Below are positions 17,516 through 27,628 of a stretch of DNA of 64,000 nucleotides, in pieces. The stretch covers positions 1 to 64,000 of the IMG/VR virus record IMGVR_UViG_3300022866_000322; one strand, given 5' to 3'. Below the pieces are notes generated by a model. The model saw only the letters and a list, made by a program, of their open reading frames with translations. It was not told where the DNA came from and ran no database searches. Numbering within the stretch: position 1 is the stretch's first letter; each line of letters opens with the position of its first letter. Made by a program: the position numbers and the translations under genes.

Positions 17516-18530
17516 TACGTGTTATGCAGGGATCGGTACAGTTGAAAAACAAACCGGCCCTGCACAACTTACACGCGATAATGACAAAATCACAGTAGAA
17601 AAAGATCTGGGTGTAGAGATGCTGGACACAATAAGCACCGCCGACGGTATTATTGGTATTGGCTTCAATGATGATACCAAAATACAAATTGAAAAACACA
17701 GCAAATTAATCATTGATGATTTCATATATGATGCCGCTGACCCTACAAAAAGTAAGCTCAAGATGAAAGTGGGCTTGGGCACAGTTAAGTATGCATCAGG
17801 TAAGATTGCTAAAAACAACAGACAAAGCGTAGACATACAAACACCAACAGCACGTATTGGTGTGCGTGGTACTGCATTCAGCATGACCGTAGACGAAATA
17901 GGCAGGAGTCTTGTTATACTGTTGCCCAACGCAGATGGCACTGTGGGAGAGATATCTGTTGAAAGCGATATAGGGCAGGTAATACTTAACCAGGCATATC
18001 AAGCAACAATGGTCAACACACGAGAAAATGTACCAACACCACCTGTCCTATTGGACCTAGATGTAAATCAAATTAACAACCTGTTAATTGTACAAAAGCC
18101 AAAAGAAAAAGAGGACGAGACTCAGGCTGAACGTGAACAGTCCATATTAGATTTTAATGAACTTGACGTTAATCTTCTTGACAACAATGAATTAGATGAA
18201 GACGAGTTAGTGTTCACAAGACTAGACTTTAACCTACTTGATGTTGATATGTTGGGTAATATTTTAGATTTAATGAATGCAAAACTGCTTAAAGAGGTAG
18301 ACTCGTTCTCAACTAATCCTATTAGGCCAGGAGCATATGAACAAGGTAACACACAGATTGTGCTGGATGGTGAGTGGCTTATATATAGAAACGTTGACGG
18401 TAGGATTTTTAGCATTACACTTGACCAAAACAGCAGTACACAAATGAACTTGAATCAAGCAGGTAGCCCAATAACATTACACACAACGGAGAACGCAAGT
18501 GACACGGTTATTACTATTAATCAAAATTAG
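17463..18530 (+). CDS. FecR-domain periplasmic protein
   Basis: D.I.T.DG...I.F.D.T, L.IDDF.YD, TPTA.IGVRGTAF. Confidence 0.85.
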   Translation: MLTQMVQLLALLLTFQISTCYAGIGTVEKQTGPAQLTRDNDKITVEKDLGVEMLDTISTADGIIGIGFNDDTKIQIEKHSKLIIDDFIYDAADPTKSKLKMKVGLGTVKYASGKIAKNNRQSVDIQTPTARIGVRGTAFSMTVDEIGRSLVILLPNADGTVGEISVESDIGQVILNQAYQATMVNTRENVPTPPVLLDLDVNQINNLLIVQKPKEKEDETQAEREQSILDFNELDVNLLDNNELDEDELVFTRLDFNLLDVDMLGNILDLMNAKLLKEVDSFSTNPIRPGAYEQGNTQIVLDGEWLIYRNVDGRIFSITLDQNSSTQMNLNQAGSPITLHTTENASDTVITINQN

Positions 18531-18837
18531 TTTAGTTTTACTATTAGGTGCATGTGTACCGCATCATGTTTATGATCAACCACACTCATACTATGATGGT
18601 ACCATGAAAATTGTAATCATGGATCCAGAAACCATACAAACCACATGGGAACAGTATACTGGAAAAACCACAAAGGTTAAAGGATGGGCTCGCTGGAGTG
18701 TAACAGAAGAAGGCAAGAAATGGTGTGAGGTATTTGTACCTTATGTGCAGCCAGATCTTGACATGCGTGTGTGGTTGCACGAAATGCGTCACTGCACAGA
18801 AGGACACTTCCACAAAGGGCCAGCAGAGTATGAATAA
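18499..18837 (+). CDS. Small lipoprotein with HExxH motif
   Basis: Lipobox LGAC; WLHEMRHC. Confidence 0.6.
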   Translation: MTRLLLLIKISLVLLLGACVPHHVYDQPHSYYDGTMKIVIMDPETIQTTWEQYTGKTTKVKGWARWSVTEEGKKWCEVFVPYVQPDLDMRVWLHEMRHCTEGHFHKGPAEYE

Positions 18838-19603
18838 ACTGCTACTATTACTATCGTTAATTATTAGCACAGCAAGTGCTGATAACTTAATATCTATTGA
18901 CCAAGTAACCAGCGGAAACTCTAATAGCATAACGGTCACTGTGGATGGTAGTGATAACGAAATTGATTACAGTTTTGGTGGTGCCAGTAATACTGTGGCT
19001 ATAGATCAGAAGGGCGATGATGCTTATGTTGGGTATACAGCTACATGGGGCAGTGGTGCTGGATGGGGAGGCGACCTAGACGGTGACTCCAACGATATGG
19101 ACATTAAACAGTTATGCAACCAATTAGCATGCGAAGGCGACAGGTTTGAATTCCATGTTGCTGGTAACAACAACAGTATTAAAATAGGGCAGGGATATCA
19201 TGTGCAGGCCGACGGTACTTTTCAATCACCTGACAGTGTAGAATACGGTGGCCACAATATAAGATTGGATGTACACGGATCAAACAACAGTTTCATAGGA
19301 AGTCAACGAGCAGGCGGCGACAACCATAGTAATATTACTAACATTTATGGTAGCTATAATGACGTTTACGCAAGACAAGAATACAACTTTGACAAATCTA
19401 TAGACCTAACAATATCAAACAGCAACAATGATGTAGATATCATACAAGGTGGAAGTGCTAGTCATTCAGCAACAATTTCCCTGTCAGGCACATACGGAAC
19501 AGATTTAGATTTGACACAATACAGTAGCACAGCACAAACATATAGCCTATCGCAATCATGTGCGACAGTAGGCGGATGTTCTGTGTCAGTTACCCAAAAC
19601 TAA
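18830..19603 (+). CDS. Second secreted curlin-repeat-like protein
   Basis: Start 18830 gives signal peptide MNKLLLLLSLIISTASA; IDQ, GxxN repeats. Confidence 0.72.
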   Translation: MNKLLLLLSLIISTASADNLISIDQVTSGNSNSITVTVDGSDNEIDYSFGGASNTVAIDQKGDDAYVGYTATWGSGAGWGGDLDGDSNDMDIKQLCNQLACEGDRFEFHVAGNNNSIKIGQGYHVQADGTFQSPDSVEYGGHNIRLDVHGSNNSFIGSQRAGGDNHSNITNIYGSYNDVYARQEYNFDKSIDLTISNSNNDVDIIQGGSASHSATISLSGTYGTDLDLTQYSSTAQTYSLSQSCATVGGCSVSVTQN

Positions 19604-19624
19604 ATACCTAGTCAAGGAAAAAAC

Positions 19625-21715
19625 ATGAAAAAATGGTTAGTGGCGTTGATCGCCCTGGGTGCGGTATTGAGTATTAGGTGGACGGATCCGTGGATAGTAG
19701 AAGTTATCCGCCTCAAAGCACTGGACACACATCAACGTAGTGTCCCACAAGAAACAATTCAGTTAGACAGCGACATTCCTATTGCTGTGGTTAGAATAGA
19801 CAACGATGATATTGACCGCAACGGACAGTGGCCTTGGCCTCGTGACATACTAGCCAATGAAATTATACGACTATACGAGAATGGTGCGGGGCTTGTGGTA
19901 CTGCCCATGCTGTTTGCTGAGGAAGATCGCTTTGGTGGCGACCCTGCATTTATAGATTTGTTACAGAATGCACCTGTTATTGTTGGGCAAGTTCCTGCGC
20001 TGAGAGGCAAGGGTGTACCAGTACCACGTGGCATTGCTATTAAGGACAACAGCACAACAGGCAAAGCATGGGAAGATTGGCTATTCCGTTATGGACAAGC
20101 AATAGGTCCAACAAAAGAAATTGGTGAGAGTGCTTGGGGCGTTGGTATGATGTTGAGCAGTACAGAAGCTGATGGAGTTGTACGTAAACTTCCGCTTGTT
20201 GTTCGCATACCCAGCAAAGAGCCTACAGACAGCGCACAGATATTTCCCAGCATACCCACAGAGATTGTGCGTGTACTGGCAGGTGACATCAGTTACCAAA
20301 TGAAGCTGGGTGACGCAGGTGTGGAAGCAGTGCGTATCCCACAGTTTAGCACAATTAAGACAGACGCAAACGGTAGCATCTACGTAGACTACAAATACAA
20401 AGTACAGGAGTTTGCATTTGACAATTTGCCCAACTTCAATGGCGGTATTGTTATACTAAGTTTAACAGCGTCGGGGTTGGACAACACCATTGCAACTCCA
20501 GTTGGCAGAAGTTATGATCATGATTTAATTGCCGCAAGTGTTTACACAATAGTTAATGGTATCAACATAAGTCGCCCATGGTGGTCAGACCTTGGTGAAC
20601 TGGCAACAGCACTGGCAATAAGTTTGGTAGTAATGATACTGGTACTTAAACTAAACTGGTACTTTGGTGTTGGTGGCATTGTGGTATCATTAGGTGGCAT
20701 ATTCTACGGTAGTAGGACAGCATACTTGAACGATGGCTATTTGCTGGATTGGAGTTTCCCAATATTTGCAGTGTTCCTCACATGGAGTATAGCGGCATTC
20801 CTGCGCTTCATGGATGAGTTTAGACAAAAGCAAGAAATCAAAAAACAGTTTGCAGGCTATGCAAGTCCTACAGTGGTACGTATGCTTCAAGAGAATCCAG
20901 GTCTAATCAAGGATGGCATGAAGCGTGAAATCAGTATTTGTTTTAGTGACCTACGTGGCTTTACTCCACTAGGTGAAAGTTTTGGCGATGATGTAAAAGG
21001 ACTTACCAACTTGATGAACGGCTACATGGATGCTATTACGCAACCAGTACTGGATCGTGACGGAATGATCATAAAGTACATTGGTGATGCGTCAATGCAT
21101 GTACACAATGCACCCAACGATGATCCACGCCACCATCACTCAGCAGTTAAAACAGGATTGGACATGCTTACAGCAGTGGAAAAGTTCAATGATAAAATTG
21201 TAGCAGAAGGAAGACCACCGATTGGCATGGGTGCTGGCATTAATAGCGGACTAGGTTACTTGGGTGAAATGGGTAGTACGTCAAGACACAGTTATGATGT
21301 GTTAGGCGATGCTGTTAGTACTGCGGCACGTATTGAGAGCAAGTGTAAAGAATATGGATGTTTGTTACTTGTAGGCGAAACCACATACGATGCAACCAAG
21401 AATGATTTCTTTTACTTAAAGGTAGACGAACTTGCAGTAAAAGGTAAAACTGTGGGCATACGCATCTACACTGTACTAGGTGAAAAAGAACAAACAACTG
21501 CATGGCAAGCAAGCAAACAGTTACACATCGAAATGCATCAATATTATAGAGAGCAGAGTTTTAACAAAGCAATCACTTTATGCAACAAACTAAAAGGCTC
21601 ATTTGATGGACAAATAGATGGGTATTATGATATGTGGATTGAACGCTGTGAATATATGCTAACACAAGATCTACCTGCTGCCTGGGACGGAATATTTGTG
21701 GCTACAACCAAGTAG
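19625..21715 (+). CDS. CHASE2-domain class III adenylate/guanylate cyclase
   Basis: GQWPWPR and DGVVRK (CHASE2), TM bundle, FSDLRGFT, KYIGDA, GDAVSTAARIES, VKGK. Confidence 0.95.
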   Translation: MKKWLVALIALGAVLSIRWTDPWIVEVIRLKALDTHQRSVPQETIQLDSDIPIAVVRIDNDDIDRNGQWPWPRDILANEIIRLYENGAGLVVLPMLFAEEDRFGGDPAFIDLLQNAPVIVGQVPALRGKGVPVPRGIAIKDNSTTGKAWEDWLFRYGQAIGPTKEIGESAWGVGMMLSSTEADGVVRKLPLVVRIPSKEPTDSAQIFPSIPTEIVRVLAGDISYQMKLGDAGVEAVRIPQFSTIKTDANGSIYVDYKYKVQEFAFDNLPNFNGGIVILSLTASGLDNTIATPVGRSYDHDLIAASVYTIVNGINISRPWWSDLGELATALAISLVVMILVLKLNWYFGVGGIVVSLGGIFYGSRTAYLNDGYLLDWSFPIFAVFLTWSIAAFLRFMDEFRQKQEIKKQFAGYASPTVVRMLQENPGLIKDGMKREISICFSDLRGFTPLGESFGDDVKGLTNLMNGYMDAITQPVLDRDGMIIKYIGDASMHVHNAPNDDPRHHHSAVKTGLDMLTAVEKFNDKIVAEGRPPIGMGAGINSGLGYLGEMGSTSRHSYDVLGDAVSTAARIESKCKEYGCLLLVGETTYDATKNDFFYLKVDELAVKGKTVGIRIYTVLGEKEQTTAWQASKQLHIEMHQYYREQSFNKAITLCNKLKGSFDGQIDGYYDMWIERCEYMLTQDLPAAWDGIFVATTK

Positions 21716-21716
21716 A

Positions 21717-22943
21717 CTAACTGAGCATTAAGTTTCGTACTTGCTCATAGTTAATTACGTCACTTGGTAAGCGATGTCGTTCTATGCGATCATGGTTATA
21801 CCAATTGACCTGTTTCTTGAAGTTACCTAACAGTTCATCTACGATTATTTCTTTGAACTTTCCGTAAAAGTGTTGATGATTATATTCCAACACTTCTTGC
21901 ATTTGTTCCTGCTGTTGTGCAATGTCTTTGTTTTTAAGTTTAGACAATTGCTCTACAATCATGTTGATACGCAATGTTGGATCTTGTTCTTGGTCGTAAC
22001 TTTCATCTATCCATTGATCGAATGTACGAAAGCCATAACGTTTCAAGTATGCCAAGTTACCAGGTGCGCCCACAAGTATGAAAGGACGCTTGCTTACAAT
22101 TGGTTTGAATATTTTTTCAGTAAGGTGTAAACTATCACCATAGTATACAGTTTCTGTTACCACGTGCCACAGTGCATCATATCCGTAAGATGTTAAATCA
22201 GCACTAGCATTGTTGTAGTCAACAGTATCAAGCACACTAGGAGTTGCTTGTTTAGCCAGGTGTTTAAATATGTGCTTCTTGGCGTCAACTGGTAATCTAC
22301 TGTTGGTGTTGAACAGTTCATTCTTAACTAAATCACTTGTTAACAGAGGGGCTGAAATGTGTCCAAGATCTGTTAAGCCTCTTTGACTTATCTGCGAAAG
22401 CAAGTATAATCTGTAGTTACGATTATTAGTCAACAAGTGATTTAAACAAATAAATAGTTTTGTAGGTTTTACGTATGAATAGTCAAGATACTTATAGTTC
22501 CTAAACCAATCAAGAGCCGCAAATCCATGAAAAAAGAAATACCAATCTGCTACACCCCATTCCCTAAGGTACTTTCGTTTTTGTTGACTGACTTCAGAGT
22601 TAGCTAATACATGAAAGTTAACATCAGATATCATCATATTAACTGAAGGGTGTGACGGACTTGACGGCCATATATAGTTTTCAGTTGGGTGACCGGGATC
22701 AATGGTATGCGTATGGTACGCATCAAAGTAACGAACTTGATCTAAGTCATTGTAACTTAGTGGTTCTTCATGCCACCAAATACAACGTCCAACAGTTGAA
22801 CCGTAAAAGTCTTCGCAATGCTGGGAGTACATAAAATGTTCGATGTTAGTACTGAAACTTGGAAAGAACCCAGCGTCGTACAACGACAGTGGTTTTAATA
22901 ACTGTTCATATAAAAATAAACTAAACTTATCAACGGAGATCAT
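21717..22943 (-). CDS. Glycosyltransferase-like protein, paralogue of 35966..37066
   Basis: VVTET...LTEKIFKPI..KRPF...G..G.L..L..YGF.TF...IDESYD. Confidence 0.65.
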   Translation of the reverse strand: MISVDKFSLFLYEQLLKPLSLYDAGFFPSFSTNIEHFMYSQHCEDFYGSTVGRCIWWHEEPLSYNDLDQVRYFDAYHTHTIDPGHPTENYIWPSSPSHPSVNMMISDVNFHVLANSEVSQQKRKYLREWGVADWYFFFHGFAALDWFRNYKYLDYSYVKPTKLFICLNHLLTNNRNYRLYLLSQISQRGLTDLGHISAPLLTSDLVKNELFNTNSRLPVDAKKHIFKHLAKQATPSVLDTVDYNNASADLTSYGYDALWHVVTETVYYGDSLHLTEKIFKPIVSKRPFILVGAPGNLAYLKRYGFRTFDQWIDESYDQEQDPTLRINMIVEQLSKLKNKDIAQQQEQMQEVLEYNHQHFYGKFKEIIVDELLGNFKKQVNWYNHDRIERHRLPSDVINYEQVRNLMLS

Positions 22944-22945
22944 TA

Positions 22946-24181
22946 ATGCAAATAGGTTTTATAGGGTTAGGTAAATTAGGGCTTCCATGTGCTGAAGCAA
23001 TGGCCACACAGTATTCTGTGACTGGCTACGATATTTACAACAAAACAAGTGACACCATAAAAATATCACCCTCACTGGAAGGTGCAGTTAAAGGCAAAGA
23101 CATTGTATTCGTAGCAGTGCAAACTCCACACGATCCTGTGTACGACGGAAGTCGACCTATTACACATTTAGCAAACAAAGACTTTGACTATACTATAGTT
23201 AAACAAGTTTTAACAGACATAAACCAACATGTTGGACAGGAAACACTAGTAGTGCTAATCAGCACAGTATTACCCGGCACTACAAGGACACAGTTGCGTG
23301 ATTGTGTGTCAGAAGCACGTTTTGTTTACAACCCCTACCTTATTGCTATGGGTAGCGTTGCATGGGATATGGTTAATCCTGAAATGGTTATTATTGGTAC
23401 AGAAGATGGATCAGAAACAGGTGACGCAAAAGAACTTATTAACTTTTATAAGCCGTTAATGGAAAATGATCCCAAGTATAATGTTGGCACATGGGATGAA
23501 GCAGAAAGCATAAAGATATTTTACAACACATTCATCAGCACAAAAATTGGCCTGGTAAACATGATACAGGATGTTGCAGTGAAGAACGGTAACATTGATG
23601 TTGATGTGGTTACAGAAGCATTAGCAGGTAGCACACTGCGTATTGTAAGTCCCAAGTACATGAAAGCAGGCATGGGAGATGCAGGACCTTGCCACCCAAG
23701 AGACAACATTGCACTGCGTTGGTTAGCAGAAAGATTAGATCTCGGATACGATATATTTGACACTGTGATGCATGCTAGGGAAAAACAAGCAGAAAATGTT
23801 GCCAGTTACCTAACAGCACTGCAAAAGAAAAACAACATGCCGGTACGCATCATGGGCAAAGCATACAAGCCCGACGTTGATATACTGGATGGCAGTTATA
23901 GTTTGTTGATTGGGTATTACCTGGAAAAACAAGGTACAGACTTTGCTTATGTTGATCCGCTTACTAACGATATAGCAACCGATACCGACCAACCTGTTAT
24001 AGCATTCCTGGCGCACAACAGACAAGTCACATATGGATATACTGGAAATAAAAAGCGACAAGAATTCTATTGTGATGTTGCTACAGGAAGCATCATAGTT
24101 GATCCATGGAGAACATATCCGAAAATAGACAACAACTATAAAGTAATACATTATGGAAACACTAGATTTAAAACAGTTTAA
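22946..24181 (+). CDS. UDP-glucose/GDP-mannose dehydrogenase family
   Basis: GFIGLGKLG, AVQTP, STVLPGT, AESIKIFYN, GPCHPRD, AYKP. Confidence 0.92.
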   Translation: MQIGFIGLGKLGLPCAEAMATQYSVTGYDIYNKTSDTIKISPSLEGAVKGKDIVFVAVQTPHDPVYDGSRPITHLANKDFDYTIVKQVLTDINQHVGQETLVVLISTVLPGTTRTQLRDCVSEARFVYNPYLIAMGSVAWDMVNPEMVIIGTEDGSETGDAKELINFYKPLMENDPKYNVGTWDEAESIKIFYNTFISTKIGLVNMIQDVAVKNGNIDVDVVTEALAGSTLRIVSPKYMKAGMGDAGPCHPRDNIALRWLAERLDLGYDIFDTVMHAREKQAENVASYLTALQKKNNMPVRIMGKAYKPDVDILDGSYSLLIGYYLEKQGTDFAYVDPLTNDIATDTDQPVIAFLAHNRQVTYGYTGNKKRQEFYCDVATGSIIVDPWRTYPKIDNNYKVIHYGNTRFKTV

Positions 24182-24677
24182 TATTGATAGCAATATCATT
24201 GATGATGAGTACAAAAACTTAGATTACGTCATTGAAAAGTTCAATGATAGTGCAACACTAGAACATTGGCGCAATATGGGGTACAATGGGACTATCGGTG
24301 GGCAATTATGTGATATGCGTTCCCCACAACCAACCTGGAACAACCAAATAGTTAACACATTTGAGAAACTGTTTAACTGGAAAGATGTTTGTACCAGTTA
24401 CTATAAAATGTGGCCAGGCTCAAGTTTGCCTAAGCACCAAGACACGTACAAAAAGTATATAGAAATCTTTAATCTAAAAGGACAAGAGCAGTCAATTTGG
24501 AGATCCATAGTGTTTTTGGAAGACTGGCAAAGTGGACATTATCTTGAAATAGATAACGTCCCGCACACAGGCTGGAGTAAAGGATCTGTGATAACTTGGC
24601 AGTACAACACACCACATATTGCGGCTAACTTGGGCATGACGCCGCGTTATACACTACAGGTAACAGGACATACATGA
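24153..24677 (+). CDS. Cupin/2OG-Fe(II) oxygenase-like protein
   Basis: PG..LPKHQD, PH.AAN.G..PRYTLQVT. Confidence 0.7.
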   Translation: METLDLKQFNIDSNIIDDEYKNLDYVIEKFNDSATLEHWRNMGYNGTIGGQLCDMRSPQPTWNNQIVNTFEKLFNWKDVCTSYYKMWPGSSLPKHQDTYKKYIEIFNLKGQEQSIWRSIVFLEDWQSGHYLEIDNVPHTGWSKGSVITWQYNTPHIAANLGMTPRYTLQVTGHT

Positions 24678-25600
24678 TACACACCTATAACGAATGGGAC
24701 AAACTACAGGAAATAGTAGTTGGTCGTGCAGATTGTGCTAACTGGCCCACAGATGATCCTGTGTTTGCTAAAGAAAGCGAAAAGACACTGTGGAAAGAAA
24801 CCCCAGTGCCCACAGGCCCAGTACCACAGTGGGTTATTGATGAGGCCAATGCGGATCTGGATAACCTCGCTGGATTTCTAACACAGTGGGGAGTTACTGT
24901 ACATAGACCCACTGACATGAACTTCCAAAAACTTGGTGGTATGTACAACTACTGTCCCAGGGACAGACTGTTGGTGTACGGTGATAAGATTATTGATTGT
25001 GCTATGATGTATCCCTGTAGGGATATGGAAATAGAAGCACTGGGCATGGTCACTGAAGGACACGAAGTTATTCGCATGCCACGCGATCAAGGCATGGTAC
25101 TTGACGCTGCCAATGTTTGTCGCCTTGGTGATACACTGTTGGTGTTGGAAAGTGAAAGCGGAAATAAAAGAGCAATTTCCTGGTTGGCAAAACAGTTGCC
25201 TGATGCTATTATACAAACATGCAATTTTTACAGCGGAGTGCATATAGACAGCACCATTACCCCACTGCAAGAAGGCATAGTCATAGTCAACGGCAACAGA
25301 GTTAACAAGGATAACCTACCAAGTGTATTTAAAGACTGGGAAGTTATCTTTGTTAACGAAGTTGTTCCTCAAAGTTTTTATCAATACCCATACGCAAGTA
25401 AATGGATCGCAATGAACATGTTAGTAGTACAACCTGGTACGGTCATTGTGGATCGGGCGCAAACTGAACTAATAGAGTTACTTGAAAACAAATATAAAAT
25501 GATTGTAATTCCCATGCAGTTGAGACATTCAAGAACGCTAGGGGGCGGATTCCACTGTGTTACACTGGATATAAATCGCACATTGCTAATAAATAGTTAA
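24674..25600 (+). CDS. Amidinotransferase (glycine / inosamine-phosphate amidinotransferase family)
   Basis: NEWD.L.EI.VG, CPRD, DAAN, HIDST, GGGFHC.TLD catalytic Cys. Confidence 0.92.
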   Translation: MIHTYNEWDKLQEIVVGRADCANWPTDDPVFAKESEKTLWKETPVPTGPVPQWVIDEANADLDNLAGFLTQWGVTVHRPTDMNFQKLGGMYNYCPRDRLLVYGDKIIDCAMMYPCRDMEIEALGMVTEGHEVIRMPRDQGMVLDAANVCRLGDTLLVLESESGNKRAISWLAKQLPDAIIQTCNFYSGVHIDSTITPLQEGIVIVNGNRVNKDNLPSVFKDWEVIFVNEVVPQSFYQYPYASKWIAMNMLVVQPGTVIVDRAQTELIELLENKYKMIVIPMQLRHSRTLGGGFHCVTLDINRTLLINS

Positions 25601-25650
25601 TATACATAATAACTAAAAAAGAAGTAGACCAAAGCGAACCAGGTGGCAGA

Positions 25651-26394
25651 ATGAAATTTGAATCATATACTGGGTGTTTATTGAATGCATATGAGCACCA
25701 TGTTAGGCAAGCAGATGTAGTAAAGCGTAAACAGGAAATACTGTCGGGCGTAGGAGAGTTCTACAACATAGTACCTGACACTATTTTATACATTGGATTT
25801 AGTCCTGCTATTTTAGTTCAGCAAGCGGGACAGATTTACGTTACACACGTAAACGAACAGGTTTTAAATTTTTTAACAGAACGAAAAGTTCCGTTTATAC
25901 ATATACCAGAAGACCAGTTAGTCGACTACAAAAACAATTTCCAAGTTGTAGTAGCACTAGATGAGTACTTTACGTTTGCTGAGTCAGACGAGGGACAGAA
26001 ACTATCAGTGGCTGAGATTTGTAACCTAGCCACGGAATACTTGATAACTACATGTAAGGATTACAAGAATCAAAGTTTCAAGGATCGTGAGTTTAGTGTT
26101 CCTGCACTGATTAGAAACAGTGGCAAGAACCAAATATTCTTAGAGTTACACGATTATGATTTACAAGATAGAAACAGTTGGAAAACCACAGTACATGAGA
26201 TACTTGGTAGTGATATAAATGTTGCAGGACCATTTGCACGACGTGCAATGTTTTTTAAGCAATTGGCAAAGTTTGCTTATGATGCAGGAGCAACTAATTT
26301 CACAGTACATAAGAATTTAATGTACAAGAGTTTAATCAAGAAAAATTACGAACATGTAATTTCAATTCAATTTGACGGTGAGCATGGATCTTAA
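25651..26394 (+). CDS. Hypothetical protein
   Basis: Long ORF with AGGTGG RBS. Confidence 0.7.
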   Translation: MKFESYTGCLLNAYEHHVRQADVVKRKQEILSGVGEFYNIVPDTILYIGFSPAILVQQAGQIYVTHVNEQVLNFLTERKVPFIHIPEDQLVDYKNNFQVVVALDEYFTFAESDEGQKLSVAEICNLATEYLITTCKDYKNQSFKDREFSVPALIRNSGKNQIFLELHDYDLQDRNSWKTTVHEILGSDINVAGPFARRAMFFKQLAKFAYDAGATNFTVHKNLMYKSLIKKNYEHVISIQFDGEHGS

Positions 26395-27628
26395 TACACA
26401 AATAACTGATATAGTAGACGGAATAGTAAAACAAGTAGAAGCAGGTGTAGCAAAAAAAGTTGATCAGTTAATAGCTGATTCAATTAAAGCTCGCTTATCT
26501 ACCTTTAACTTTACTGATGCAATCCAAAAAGCGGCCACAGAAGCACTGGATAGAAAAGCCTCCGAGTATAATGTTGATAGCAAAAAACTTGAAACACGTA
26601 TTTTTGACCGGATCAACGAGACTATTACGGAAGTACAAAAACAAACAGATCAAACTGTTAAAGAAACAGTGGCTCAACGTATCCAAGAAATAGACTTTGG
26701 TAAAGCAGTAGTTAACGCAACTAGTATAGTAGTCAAAGATCAATTGAATGAAGTTATATTTCCTGATTCAAGTATTAAACCTGAATCGTTAGATTTGTCT
26801 ACATTTAAGTTTAGTGGAGACAACATACACGGTGGTATAATCACAGAATTCAGCAGTACTGGTATCGACGATCGTGCTACCAACATTGCAGTTACTATAT
26901 TAGATGATGTAACAGTTGTTGAAAACAATTTGCTTACAAAAGATTTAACTGTACAAGGTAACGTAACCATAAATGGAACACTGGACAAGGATTGTAGTTT
27001 TTATCAAGAACTGATTGATACTACATCAACCAACACTGTTAGTAAACTTAACAAAACCTTATTTGATGGATTTAGTAAAACTGTGTTTAATACAATTAAA
27101 GACAAAGGACTTGACCTAAACAAAATAACCATAAACGGCAAAGATGTTGTTATTGGTAATGCACTAGGATCCAACATAACCAATAGTAATTTACAAGAAC
27201 TGGGTATGCTCAAAGAATTGCAAGTGTCCGGCGAAGCATTTTTGAGTGGATCATTGTATACTGTTAAGGGTCGCGTAGGCGTTAACACGTTTGAACCAAG
27301 TGCGGCGTTAGCAGTATGGGACCAAGAAATTGAAATTACTACAGGTAAGAAGGAAACAGACATAGGACGCATAGGAACTCCTAGGAAACAGTCGTTGGTG
27401 CTTAGTGCAAACAACAAAAACAATATTGTGTTAAACACAGACGGAAGTACAAAAGTTGACGATTTACGCATAGGGCAAGCCATGCGATTTACAGAAGGCA
27501 ATCGAGCGCCAAACTATGCCAGTACAAAAGGACATGTAGTCTGGAACAACAACCCTAGTCTTGGCGGACCAATGGGATGGATCTGTTTAGGGTTAGCCAA
27601 CTGGGCAAACTTTGGCATAATTGACTAG
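26372..27628 (+). CDS. Hypothetical, possible fibre-like virion protein (start probably 26384)
   Basis: N-terminal helical region; beta-rich C-terminus ending GWIC...W..FG. Confidence 0.6.
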   Translation: MTVSMDLNTQITDIVDGIVKQVEAGVAKKVDQLIADSIKARLSTFNFTDAIQKAATEALDRKASEYNVDSKKLETRIFDRINETITEVQKQTDQTVKETVAQRIQEIDFGKAVVNATSIVVKDQLNEVIFPDSSIKPESLDLSTFKFSGDNIHGGIITEFSSTGIDDRATNIAVTILDDVTVVENNLLTKDLTVQGNVTINGTLDKDCSFYQELIDTTSTNTVSKLNKTLFDGFSKTVFNTIKDKGLDLNKITINGKDVVIGNALGSNITNSNLQELGMLKELQVSGEAFLSGSLYTVKGRVGVNTFEPSAALAVWDQEIEITTGKKETDIGRIGTPRKQSLVLSANNKNNIVLNTDGSTKVDDLRIGQAMRFTEGNRAPNYASTKGHVVWNNNPSLGGPMGWICLGLANWANFGIID

